From Armatimonadota bacterium (GTDB taxonomy: Bacteria; Armatimonadota; Fimbriimonadia; Fimbriimonadales; Fimbriimonadaceae), in assembly GCA_048498855.1 (NCBI GenBank), contig JBEHXE010000006.1:10074-74073 (forward strand): 64,000 bases of DNA. The letters run 5' to 3'. The position numbers and the translations under genes are program-made. Of the stretch, positions 55,547 to 64,000 are shown piece by piece; position 1 is the stretch's first letter; every line of letters starts with the position of its first letter. The notes under the pieces are model-generated. The model was not told the origin of the DNA. It made no database searches and saw only the letters and a list, made by a program, of their open reading frames with translations.

Positions 55547-57389
55547 ATTTCACTCCTTTGCTTTGCCACGTTCCGTAAACCAGCACTGGGCTGCGGGGCA
55601 GCTTGATGTCGATCAATGGCTTCTGGGTCGAGGATCGCTCCTTAATCCGAGGATCGTAATTTCGATAAGAAGGCCCGCTGAAATGGGAGTGAGCGCTGTC
55701 TTTGCAGACCACGGTGCCGTTGAAAATCACGCCATTCCCTCCCTTACCGAGTTCGCCTCCGCTTACATTATTGGTGTAAACGATCGCGTCAACCATGTTC
55801 ACATCCTCGGCGATCTTATTCAAAGCCGAGTCACCCAAGACGCTCTTATACTTCTTGGTTCCTGTATAGTCCGTTTCGTTTGCGTCGAATGCAGGAATCG
55901 TATTTCCGGCGTCATCGAGTCGCGACTTGGTGAACGGCGGCGTCATGTATTGCAGGGTTTGATTATTGAATTCCGACGGATTTCCAAAGATCACCGAGCC
56001 GCGAGCCGCGAGGCCAAGCACGTCGGCTTTCTCGTTTTGGTTGTCGATCACCGAAGGGGAGTCGCCGCGAAAATCGGGCTTGTTTGTGTATCGAATCGAA
56101 CCCACAACATGGACATTTCGTCCGGTATAGATCGTGCCTTGTCCGGCAATGTAGCCTTTGATGACCGCGTCTTGTGAAATGGTCACCGGTCCATGAATTT
56201 TGATCGGATAGGTTGCCGTTCCGATCAAGGTGGCCGAACCTGTGATGGTTCCGTTTGTCGTCAGGCGCTTATAGCCTTTTGACGAAGAGTCATAGACGTC
56301 AATCCATGCCCCCTGATTGTAATACGGGTTCGATGTTCCGTCGCCGAAAGTCTGCTTATCGTCAACGTAAGTCGAACTTAAGGTTTGATATTCGCTGATG
56401 TCGTTGAGATCAGGCATCACCGTTTCTTGTGAGGCTTGGGAGTCGAGTTGATTGGTGACGGCCTTATCGCTCGTACTTTGAAGCGTCCAGCCGCGAGAAC
56501 CATTCTTATCCTTAAGGATGGCCCCATCGACTTCTCCTGACACAACATTTGCGTCCGAGTCGAAAATGATGTCCTTCCAAAGCTGATACTGAGCGCTATT
56601 TCGGGCTCCATGTTTGCTGGCATTGTAGGCTTGCCGCCAACGAGCCTCGTTATCTTCGTCTCCTCCCGAAGCCTTTTGTTTCGATTCGTAGGATGAGGAC
56701 GACCACTTGACAGGAATTCCCGAAATTACACCCTCGGTATCCGACGAAAGTTTGTCATTCGGGGTTGCGACGAGCGATCCATTGTTCGTGAATGTTCCGC
56801 TCAACATCGTGTGGTTGCCGTTTGACTTGATGTCCCCATTGATGATCAGCGATTGCGGCGTAAAGCCAGTAGCATAGCCATAGTTATTCGTGAACTTAAC
56901 ATAGTCGAAGACTTCGCTTCGCTTGAGCTTGAACTCAACTTTGACGTCCACAATCTTGACCGCTTCCGTGGATTCCATTGCTCCGTTTCCGTTTGAGTCG
57001 ATCCAACCCAGCGATCGAACGGTGACTTGGCGAGTGTAACTGTCGGATCCCGGCTGGGTACATGAAACGACTGCCGCCGTAAAATTTCCCACTCCCGGAA
57101 TCGACCCCGAAACCGACCCTTTTGGAGCGCCGATACTCGCCCCGGCACATGTTTTGTCCAACTCGGAGAACGATTGCGTCGTTTTGAAGTTTTGCCAAAA
57201 CCCTACGAGGCAAGTTTGGGCTCCCGCATCGCAGAGGTGCGACATGGTGGTGTCTTGGCTGCGGCGTCGGGCATCCCGCAGTTCCTTTGTCGATGAATCA
57301 ACGTAACTCATTGCGCCGAGGGCGATCAAGGAGGCGAGCATCATCGTGATGAGATAGGCGCTTCCGCGTTTGTTTCTCATTCGCTTCAT
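55536..57389 (-). CDS. large PilX-like minor pilin / pilus-tip protein
   Basis: PilX-N-like hydrophobic N-terminus (RGSAYLITMMLASLIALGAM), then a Ser/Thr/Asn/Gly-rich beta-type body. Translationally coupled to two pseudopilin genes. Confidence 0.65.
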   Translation of the reverse strand: MKRMRNKRGSAYLITMMLASLIALGAMSYVDSSTKELRDARRRSQDTTMSHLCDAGAQTCLVGFWQNFKTTQSFSELDKTCAGASIGAPKGSVSGSIPGVGNFTAAVVSCTQPGSDSYTRQVTVRSLGWIDSNGNGAMESTEAVKIVDVKVEFKLKRSEVFDYVKFTNNYGYATGFTPQSLIINGDIKSNGNHTMLSGTFTNNGSLVATPNDKLSSDTEGVISGIPVKWSSSSYESKQKASGGDEDNEARWRQAYNASKHGARNSAQYQLWKDIIFDSDANVVSGEVDGAILKDKNGSRGWTLQSTSDKAVTNQLDSQASQETVMPDLNDISEYQTLSSTYVDDKQTFGDGTSNPYYNQGAWIDVYDSSSKGYKRLTTNGTITGSATLIGTATYPIKIHGPVTISQDAVIKGYIAGQGTIYTGRNVHVVGSIRYTNKPDFRGDSPSVIDNQNEKADVLGLAARGSVIFGNPSEFNNQTLQYMTPPFTKSRLDDAGNTIPAFDANETDYTGTKKYKSVLGDSALNKIAEDVNMVDAIVYTNNVSGGELGKGGNGVIFNGTVVCKDSAHSHFSGPSYRNYDPRIKERSSTQKPLIDIKLPRSPVLVYGTWQSKGVKYAL

Positions 57390-57940
57390 TAGCTTTTCCT
57401 CCTTGGAATGTTGCGTAAATAGACTGTTTCAGATGCGCACGACGATTGTCGATGGCTGCCTTGACCGTCCTTTTCGGTTGCGATAGTGATCGCAACGCTT
57501 CGGGTCATGGCGTTCCCATCGCCCTCAAAGGGTACGAATGCTTGATTGGTTGCGGGATCCTTAAGCAAGACATTTGTTGCCAGGGTTCGTGAGGTCCCGT
57601 TAATGATTTGAGTTAAGGAACCAGCCGAAACGAGAAATGAACGGGCAACTCCGTCGGATTCTGCTGGGCTTAAATAATTGCCGCTACCGTCCTTCCTTGG
57701 CAATTCATAGCTGACGGATAGTCCGTCATTGGCGACATTGACGGTGATCGCCTCTTGAAGCTCTTTGGCAACTTTTTTGACGGCAACTTGAGTTGCGGCC
57801 ATCGAGTCGATATCGCCACGACCCTTGGCCCAGGTTCCCATGCCCGAAAAGTAGAGCAGCGTCGCAACACCGATCGCGCCGACCGAGATTGCCGAAGCGA
57901 CGAGAGCCTCCACGAGGGTAAATCCGCGACGACGTTTCAC
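57389..57940 (-). CDS. prepilin-type N-terminal cleavage/methylation domain protein (PilW-like)
   Basis: RRGFTLVEALVASAISVGAIGV. Confidence 0.8.
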   Translation of the reverse strand: MKRRRGFTLVEALVASAISVGAIGVATLLYFSGMGTWAKGRGDIDSMAATQVAVKKVAKELQEAITVNVANDGLSVSYELPRKDGSGNYLSPAESDGVARSFLVSAGSLTQIINGTSRTLATNVLLKDPATNQAFVPFEGDGNAMTRSVAITIATEKDGQGSHRQSSCASETVYLRNIPRRKS

Positions 57941-58380
57941 AGGCGCGCCACCACCGTACCGATGTCATAGGTTCGCTTATTCGAGCGTTCGTTCCATTCA
58001 ACGTGAATCGTGACCCGTTTGGTATCGAGGGTCAGGTCCTCGACACGCACTGTCGCTGATCCATTCGGAAGCTTTTGGCCAATCGTGTCGCCAGCGCCAA
58101 AGACGACCGCGTTACAAGAATAAGTATCCTTGCCACTAGTCGGTTTGTCGCTATCGATGATGCCCGCCGACTCCATGTCGGTAGCGTTCACCTTCGAAAA
58201 GTCGAGGTATTGAATGTCCTCGATTTCCTTTGCCGCGAAATTCACTGCAAAGTTTGTATATTTCGCTTTTGTTTTGCTCGCCGTACTAGCTGGCATCGCC
58301 GCAATGACGATGGCCGCCGCACAGCCCACAAACATGATCGAAAACATCGTCTCGATCAGCGTAAAGCCGTTCTTATGCAC
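57937..58380 (-). CDS. prepilin-type N-terminal cleavage/methylation domain protein (PilV-like)
   Basis: KNGFTLIETMFSIMFVGCAAAIV. Confidence 0.8.
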   Translation of the reverse strand: MHKNGFTLIETMFSIMFVGCAAAIVIAAMPASTASKTKAKYTNFAVNFAAKEIEDIQYLDFSKVNATDMESAGIIDSDKPTSGKDTYSCNAVVFGAGDTIGQKLPNGSATVRVEDLTLDTKRVTIHVEWNERSNKRTYDIGTVVARL

Positions 58381-58485
58381 CTGCCTAGTTGTCCCCTGCC
58401 TGGTTCTTCCCGCCTCAGCGTAGGGATATACCTGGGTACTTTGCGAGGTTTGGAAGCTCAGCTATGCGGCGAGGCTTTTCATTTC

Positions 58486-58989
58486 TTAGTCTTTGCCTGG
58501 CTTGCGAATGGCATTGACCGAATAGTTCAAATATTCGCTGCCCAGGGCTTCGCCGCGCTGATGGACGGCAATTCCTATGCACTTGCCTTTTGCAATATCA
58601 AATCCGATTCCACGCTTGACATCGTCCCACACAGCAACACGTTGTTCATCGAAGATCACGCGCTTCAGTTGAGGGTAAGCGCGGTGAATCGTGGTCCATG
58701 AACTTCCGACATGGATGCCACTGGATAGTTTAAAAGCGGGTGAATTGACGTGAATGATCCGGGTCGTAATCGTATCTTCAGGCGTTCTGGTTGAGTAGAT
58801 CGCAAGAATTTTGTCGCCCTTCTTCCAAGCGGACCAATAGTGTCCCATCGCCGCGTCGCTCAACTCAGGATCGGATGGACCAAAACGCTTAAGGACTGCG
58901 TCGATGCTTTCGCCGATTTTGGCTTGGCCAATAGATAATCCCGGCACGATCTTAGTTGTAGAAGCGAGGAGAAAAATAGTCGCAAGCAT
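58486..58989 (-). CDS. secreted hypothetical protein
   Basis: Hydrophobic N-terminus, 167 aa, no motif recognised. Confidence 0.5.
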   Translation of the reverse strand: MLATIFLLASTTKIVPGLSIGQAKIGESIDAVLKRFGPSDPELSDAAMGHYWSAWKKGDKILAIYSTRTPEDTITTRIIHVNSPAFKLSSGIHVGSSWTTIHRAYPQLKRVIFDEQRVAVWDDVKRGIGFDIAKGKCIGIAVHQRGEALGSEYLNYSVNAIRKPGKD

Positions 58990-59084
58990 GGGTGACTCTC
59001 AAATTCTGACGTTTGGCACCGCACAAAGAAACCAGAACTCAGTTCTTTGATAACCGTTTTATAATTAGAAAAGAAGGTAGCTAC

Positions 59085-60197
59085 ATGAAGGGATTGATGA
59101 TCGGTGTCCTGTGTTTTGTCGCTTCGGCTTCGTTTGCTCAGCAAGCGAAGGAAATAGAGTTAGGAGCTGCCAAAGCCATCGATGTTCAAGCGTCGGAAGT
59201 CACTTGGCATCCGAACGGCCTTGCTTTTCTCTACAACCGTGAGACTGACGAAGGGCGGTCTTTGGGAACCTATTGTCTTGACAAGAAAGAAGGAAAGACT
59301 TTGCTTCCTCTCGATAAAGACGAGACCTACGATGTGTATTGGCTGGCAAATTCCAATTCCGCGATTGTCGTTTTGTCGGTCAAGGCGACGGGAACTCAGC
59401 AACCTTCGACCAGGATTCGAATGGTACTCGTGGATGCGACCCTGCAGACCGTAAAGCCGCTTTTTAACGAAACGTTCGAAGACAAAACGCTTCCCTCGGT
59501 CGATGTGGATCAGTCGCCTTCCCTTCGCCATGCCATCGTGACATTGAGGAATAAATCCGGCGTTCGCCATATGGTTCTCTGCGTGGGAGATGCGCGCCTT
59601 GTGGATTCTCCCGATTTAGATCGGGCCGAAAAGGAAGGACTCAGCGGTCCTTCTTGGTCGCTTGACGGGACGGCGATTTTCTCGAATTCTGGTGGCAGAA
59701 ATTTGAGCGGGAGTAAAGTCGTCCTCAGTGGCATCCAAGTTGCCGGAAGCAGCGGAGGAGATGGAGCTACCGGACAATCGAAGGAAGAAGAGCGCCAAAT
59801 TACCTTAGATGTTGTTGAGGTGAAAGGCCTGCTCGTGTCAGATGCCGCTACCGGCAAAAACCTTCGATTTAAGATCATGCCGGCAACTCCCGCGACTGGC
59901 TCCAACGTTTTTGAGCTTATGCCAAGCAACGCGGTTCTTCGACCTGTTCGATTTCGGGGTCCCTGGCAACCCGTTAGTGTGGGGCGTGAGCCATTGATCC
60001 CTCGAAATCAGCCGATCGTGCTCCAGTTCGATCGCTCAAACGCACAGGATAATAGTGTTTGGATCAAGCGAGGTACCGAAGCGGGAACCCCAGCAAAGTT
60101 CTTGGGAGTCCACGTTTCTCAGACCTGGCTTTCGCCAAATCAGAATGCGGTTGCCTATCTGATCGATGGCGCTCTCTTTGTCCGCACCATTAAATGA
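59085..60197 (+). CDS. secreted hypothetical protein
   Basis: The ATG at 59085 follows GAAGG and gives the signal peptide MKGLMIGVLCFVASASFA. The track ORF starts at 59013. Confidence 0.6.
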   Translation: MKGLMIGVLCFVASASFAQQAKEIELGAAKAIDVQASEVTWHPNGLAFLYNRETDEGRSLGTYCLDKKEGKTLLPLDKDETYDVYWLANSNSAIVVLSVKATGTQQPSTRIRMVLVDATLQTVKPLFNETFEDKTLPSVDVDQSPSLRHAIVTLRNKSGVRHMVLCVGDARLVDSPDLDRAEKEGLSGPSWSLDGTAIFSNSGGRNLSGSKVVLSGIQVAGSSGGDGATGQSKEEERQITLDVVEVKGLLVSDAATGKNLRFKIMPATPATGSNVFELMPSNAVLRPVRFRGPWQPVSVGREPLIPRNQPIVLQFDRSNAQDNSVWIKRGTEAGTPAKFLGVHVSQTWLSPNQNAVAYLIDGALFVRTIK

Positions 60198-60261
60198 GTA
60201 TTTAGAACTTTTGTACTGTTACCTCGTTTAACCAGGGAGTTATAATGCGAGATAGGTAGCC

Positions 60262-61728
60262 ATGGCACTCACAGTTCGGGATAAAGTCGCCCACCTGTAC
60301 CGCCGATTCTCATTCGGTGGAACCCTACAAGAGATCGAGGAGGGAACTTCGGCTGGCGTTGAAGCCACGATCAAACGGTTGATCGACTATGAAACGGTTT
60401 CGTCAAATTTTCCCATTCACCCTTTCGAATATGCCTGGAATGAGGGCGACAAGGAGGCCGAACCGGGAACCTATCGTTATCGATTGTGGTGGGCATTGGC
60501 GATGGCCGCGACGAATCGCCCCTTGCAAGAGAAACTAGCCCTCTTTTGGCATTCCCATTTTGCGGTCAGCGAGAAGAAAGTCGAAAACGGTCCTATGATG
60601 CTGGACTACATCCAGGTCCTCCGGAATGGCGCTCACGGAAACTTTTCTGACCTATTAAAAAATATCGCCAAGCTTCCGGCGATGATGAAGTATCTCGACA
60701 TGGAGCGCGCCTTTCGTGGGCATCCAAACGAGAACTTTGCCCGTGAGGTCATGGAACTCTTCACGATGGGCATCGGAAACTATTCCGAACAAGACGTGAA
60801 GGAAGTCTCCCGCGCCCTCACCGGCTGGGGCATGTTGGATACCTATTGGGAAAGTGGCAAAACCAACACCGAGCGGCTGATGGTGATGTACCGAGAAAGG
60901 CGCCCGGCTTCGACATTTTGTTTGATGCCACCGATGCGAGACAGCGATCCCAAAACGATCCTCGGCCAAACAAAGGATTTTTCGGGTGACGAAGTGCTTG
61001 AACTCCTTGCCAGCCGTCCGGAGACCGCCCGCTTCATTTGTCATAAGTTGTGGGAGTTCTTTGCGTACGAAGACCCTGAGGAATCTGTGATCAAGACGCT
61101 GGCCAACTCATTCTTGAAAAACAAGGGCAATATCAAGCAAGTGCTCCTGACCATGGCTCACATGCCCGAGTTTTATGGCGCCAAATGCTATCTGAAGAAC
61201 TTTAAGAGCCCGGCTGACTACATCGTCGGATCGGTGCGACAAATGCACCTAGGCGAAGAACTTATGAAAATGCGGCCAACGGATGCAACACCGCTGACCC
61301 CAATCAATCGAATGATCCTCGATCAGTCGGTGACCATCGCTTATTTTATGGATCGGGCCGGTCTTGAGCTGTGCTTTCCCGAAGATGTCAGCGGCTGGAA
61401 GTGGGGAAGTAACTGGATCAATTCTTCCACGATGACCGCACGAATGCACTACAACGGCATGATGATCTGGGACAAAAAAGGCCCTTGGGTGGCTTCAAAA
61501 ACGACCCAAGCCATCATGGCGGCTGGTAACCCCACGACCCCCGAAGAAGCAGCCGACCGTTTTAAGATGATGTTCGATCTGCACCTCAGCGACAAAGCCA
61601 ATGAAATGCTGCTTGCCGTTTTCCAAAAGCATGGCGCTAAGGTGTACGAAAACCTGAATAACTGGTCGGGAGTGCTCTACAACAACCTGAAATTATTGAG
61701 CGCATGCCCGGAGATGCACATCTGCTAG
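60262..61728 (+). CDS. DUF1800-family protein
   Basis: LALFWHSHFAVS...NENFAREVMELFTMGIGNYSEQDVKEVSRALTGWG. Confidence 0.8.
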   Translation: MALTVRDKVAHLYRRFSFGGTLQEIEEGTSAGVEATIKRLIDYETVSSNFPIHPFEYAWNEGDKEAEPGTYRYRLWWALAMAATNRPLQEKLALFWHSHFAVSEKKVENGPMMLDYIQVLRNGAHGNFSDLLKNIAKLPAMMKYLDMERAFRGHPNENFAREVMELFTMGIGNYSEQDVKEVSRALTGWGMLDTYWESGKTNTERLMVMYRERRPASTFCLMPPMRDSDPKTILGQTKDFSGDEVLELLASRPETARFICHKLWEFFAYEDPEESVIKTLANSFLKNKGNIKQVLLTMAHMPEFYGAKCYLKNFKSPADYIVGSVRQMHLGEELMKMRPTDATPLTPINRMILDQSVTIAYFMDRAGLELCFPEDVSGWKWGSNWINSSTMTARMHYNGMMIWDKKGPWVASKTTQAIMAAGNPTTPEEAADRFKMMFDLHLSDKANEMLLAVFQKHGAKVYENLNNWSGVLYNNLKLLSACPEMHIC

Positions 61729-61755
61729 AGTCCGAGAAAGTACAATAGGGCCTTA

Positions 61756-62880
61756 ATGAGTCCGCTAAGAGTCGGCATCGTGGGTGCCGGAAATATCAGT
61801 GCGATTTACTGTGAGAACCTGTCCAAGTTTCCTTCCACCGAGTTGGTTGCAATCTCGGACCTCGATACCGCTCGCGCCCAATCGCAGGCCGAGAAGTTCG
61901 ACATCGAGGCTCGATCGGTGGACGCTTTGCTTGAATCGTCCGACATCGATCTTGTGTTGAACATCACGATTCCCAAGGCTCACGGTGAGGTAGCTTTACG
62001 CGCCCTCGAATCCGGTAAGCATGTTTACAACGAAAAGCCGTTAGCGATCGCTCGCGAAGACGGGCAAAAAATGCTTTCGGTTGCGGCTGAAATGGGACTT
62101 CGCGTCGGATGCGCACCTGACACGTTTCTTGGAGCAGCTCACCAACGGGTTCGACAATTGCTTGACGAGGGAGTTATTGGCGTTCCGGTTGCGGTTCACG
62201 GCTATATGACCTCGCGCGGTGTGGAATCGTGGCACCCTAATCCAGAGTTCTTCTATAAGCCGGGTGCCGGACCAATGCTCGACATGGGGCCCTATTATCT
62301 GACGGCTTTTGTCAACATGTTTGGTGCCATCGAGCGACTCGCCTCGATGACGCGAACGACTTTTCCTGAGCGCACGATCACGTCGGAACCGCATCGTGGC
62401 GAAGTCATTAAAGTCGAAACGCCCACCACATTCGTAACTGCACTTCAGTTTGCGAATGGTGTCGTTGGCCAACTCACGACCTCGTTTGATACGCACAGCT
62501 TCCCGGGCCAGCCGAACATCGTGGTCTACGGTTCGGAAGGCACGATGGTCGTTCCTGATCCGAACTCCTTTAACGGTTGGAATGAGCCATCTTCGAAGAT
62601 CATCGTTCGACGCGGTAGCGGGGACGAAGAGATTTTCATTTCGGATTTGCCATTTAAGGCCAATTCAAGAGGCCTCGGCATCTTGGATATTGCCCATGCG
62701 ATCCAAGAAGGGCGGGATCATCGAGCTAGCGGGGCACTGGCGTTCCACGTTCTGGATACGATGCTTGCTTCGATTGAGTCGTCCGAAGAAAGCAAATTTA
62801 TTGTCCCTTCAACTCAGCCAGACCGTCCCGCGCTGATCGGGGAAGACGAATTCCCTGAAGAACGCGACCTGATGGGCTAA
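61756..62880 (+). CDS. Gfo/Idh/MocA-family oxidoreductase
   Basis: Rossmann motif LRVGIVGAGNIS, with EKP in HVYNEKPLA. Confidence 0.9.
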   Translation: MSPLRVGIVGAGNISAIYCENLSKFPSTELVAISDLDTARAQSQAEKFDIEARSVDALLESSDIDLVLNITIPKAHGEVALRALESGKHVYNEKPLAIAREDGQKMLSVAAEMGLRVGCAPDTFLGAAHQRVRQLLDEGVIGVPVAVHGYMTSRGVESWHPNPEFFYKPGAGPMLDMGPYYLTAFVNMFGAIERLASMTRTTFPERTITSEPHRGEVIKVETPTTFVTALQFANGVVGQLTTSFDTHSFPGQPNIVVYGSEGTMVVPDPNSFNGWNEPSSKIIVRRGSGDEEIFISDLPFKANSRGLGILDIAHAIQEGRDHRASGALAFHVLDTMLASIESSEESKFIVPSTQPDRPALIGEDEFPEERDLMG

Positions 62881-62894
62881 GGTTGATTCATTTT

Positions 62895-62915
62895 GCGAGG
62901 GCTTCTCGCCCTCGC
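62895..62915 (+). terminator. hairpin after the oxidoreductase gene
   Basis: GCGAGGGC-TTCTC-GCCCTCGC is a perfect 8-bp stem. No U-tract follows. Confidence 0.35.
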
Positions 62916-62926
62916 GCTATAAAGCA

Positions 62927-63355
62927 ATGTCTGATTACTTAACGACGGTTGATTGGAAAGGGGGAATGGTTTTCGAATCGCTTCCTCCGAGTGGAAACCC
63001 GATCCGAATGGATGCCTGGGAAGAGGACGGGGGCGAACAGTCGGGTCCGACGCCCGTAGAAACGCTCCTCAGTGCCATTGCCGGGTGCTCGGCAATGGAT
63101 GTGATCATGATTCTGAAAAAGAAGAAGCAGGTCGTGACCTCTTATCGAGTCGAGATCGACGGCGAACGAGGACCACGAGGAGTCTATCCACGCCCCTTTC
63201 TCTCGATCACGCTCCGTCATATCGTCAAGGGCGAGAATATCGATCCTGCCGCCGTCGCGCGGGCCGTCGAGCTAAGCGATACGAAGTATTGCACGGTCAT
63301 TACCACACTTCGCGCGGCTCCCGAAGTCACTTCGGAATGGACGATCGAAGCGTAA
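62927..63355 (+). CDS. OsmC-family protein
   Basis: GCSAMDVIMILKK and DTKYCTVITTL motifs, 142 aa. Confidence 0.85.
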   Translation: MSDYLTTVDWKGGMVFESLPPSGNPIRMDAWEEDGGEQSGPTPVETLLSAIAGCSAMDVIMILKKKKQVVTSYRVEIDGERGPRGVYPRPFLSITLRHIVKGENIDPAAVARAVELSDTKYCTVITTLRAAPEVTSEWTIEA

Positions 63356-63480
63356 ATTCTGTGCGCATCAAAAAAACAGATTCTTAACGAACTTGTAAGT
63401 CACGGTTGTGTCGGCGCACTTGGCGGGATAGCCCTCATTTGAGGTTGGTTATGGGTACGATGGCCATTATCCTGGTCATT

Positions 63481-63831
63481 CTAAGAGAAGGAAAAAAGCG
63501 GTATCGCTACAAGGTAACCCAATCCGGCTATCGCGGCAATGCACAGCGTGGCTTTTTCAATGTTGAGAATTTTGAAGCTGAGAAAGATTCGAACCGGAAA
63601 AGTTACTCCATATACCGCGATGAAGTAAGTAAGAAAATATGTCATCAGCTCCATAAGGTCTCTGGGAATTGCACCTCCAGTTATGACCATCAAACCGACC
63701 ACGGTGGCTCCCCCAATAATCGCTAAAACAAGTCGGCGCTCAAAAACCGTCGGAGCGTATCGAATCCCCGCATACCTCGACGGCAGCAGAAAAAAGTACA
63801 TGATCAGAACAACGGCGATTGCGAGTCCCAC
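63481..63831 (-). CDS. membrane protein, hypothetical
   Basis: Four hydrophobic spans in 116 aa. Confidence 0.5.
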   Translation of the reverse strand: MGLAIAVVLIMYFFLLPSRYAGIRYAPTVFERRLVLAIIGGATVVGLMVITGGAIPRDLMELMTYFLTYFIAVYGVTFPVRIFLSFKILNIEKATLCIAAIAGLGYLVAIPLFSFS

Positions 63832-63900
63832 AGCGAGTTAAAGGGATTGTAACACCATTCCACTTCAGAATCGCAAAGCGCCAAAAAGGTAGAATCTTAC

Positions 63901-64000
63901 GTGCCCACCAACGTTTTTCCTGGACCTCAGTCTGCCTCGATGTTGGCCGAACTCGGCAAATACGTCATCGCCGAGCCATATCCGTTCGCGGTCGATCTCG
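63901..64000 (+). CDS. 5' end of a CDS running off the right edge (possibly a class III aminotransferase)
   Basis: VPTNVFPGPQSASMLAELGKYVIAEPYPFAVDL resembles aminotransferase N-termini (PGPxS...L). GTG start 5 nt after TAGAAT. Only 33 codons are visible. Confidence 0.3.
   Translation, partial: MPTNVFPGPQSASMLAELGKYVIAEPYPFAVDL

Overview
This is a 64-kb chromosomal segment from a Gram-negative-type bacterium, with GC roughly 50-55% judged by eye. I call about 65 protein genes and one tRNA (Arg, anticodon GCG). I see no rRNA, CRISPR array, transposase or integrase. Housekeeping genes include rpe, ribD, pdxT, guaB, hisS, hrcA, a class I DAHP synthase, nrdR-nrdJ, flhA, dus and proline dehydrogenase. 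They are interspersed with envelope genes: three PEP-CTERM proteins, a DUF1559-like pseudopilin behind a LacI regulator, a type IV minor-pilin operon and DUF1800. This mix suggests an Armatimonadota or PVC-like lineage, which is inference only. Many genes that usually sit in conserved operons occur alone here. Gene packing is tight: five convergent pairs share overlapping stop codons, and several genes have a TAnAAT box 5-8 nt before the start codon, which looks leaderless. The most unusual part is 39.0-46.6 kb. An AT-rich 459-aa coiled-coil/2-TM gene follows 12 nt after the nrdJ stop codon. After it comes an ORF-poor array of about 2.8 kb built from two families of hairpin-rich direct repeats (A about 150 bp, B about 300 bp). 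These repeats bracket small membrane ORFs and show one compensatory stem change. I could not assign them to any RNA, mobile-element or recombination-site class I know. A second point of interest is a pair of about 700-aa paralogues (31058-33151 and 52269-54410), one of which lies next to the minor-pilin operon.
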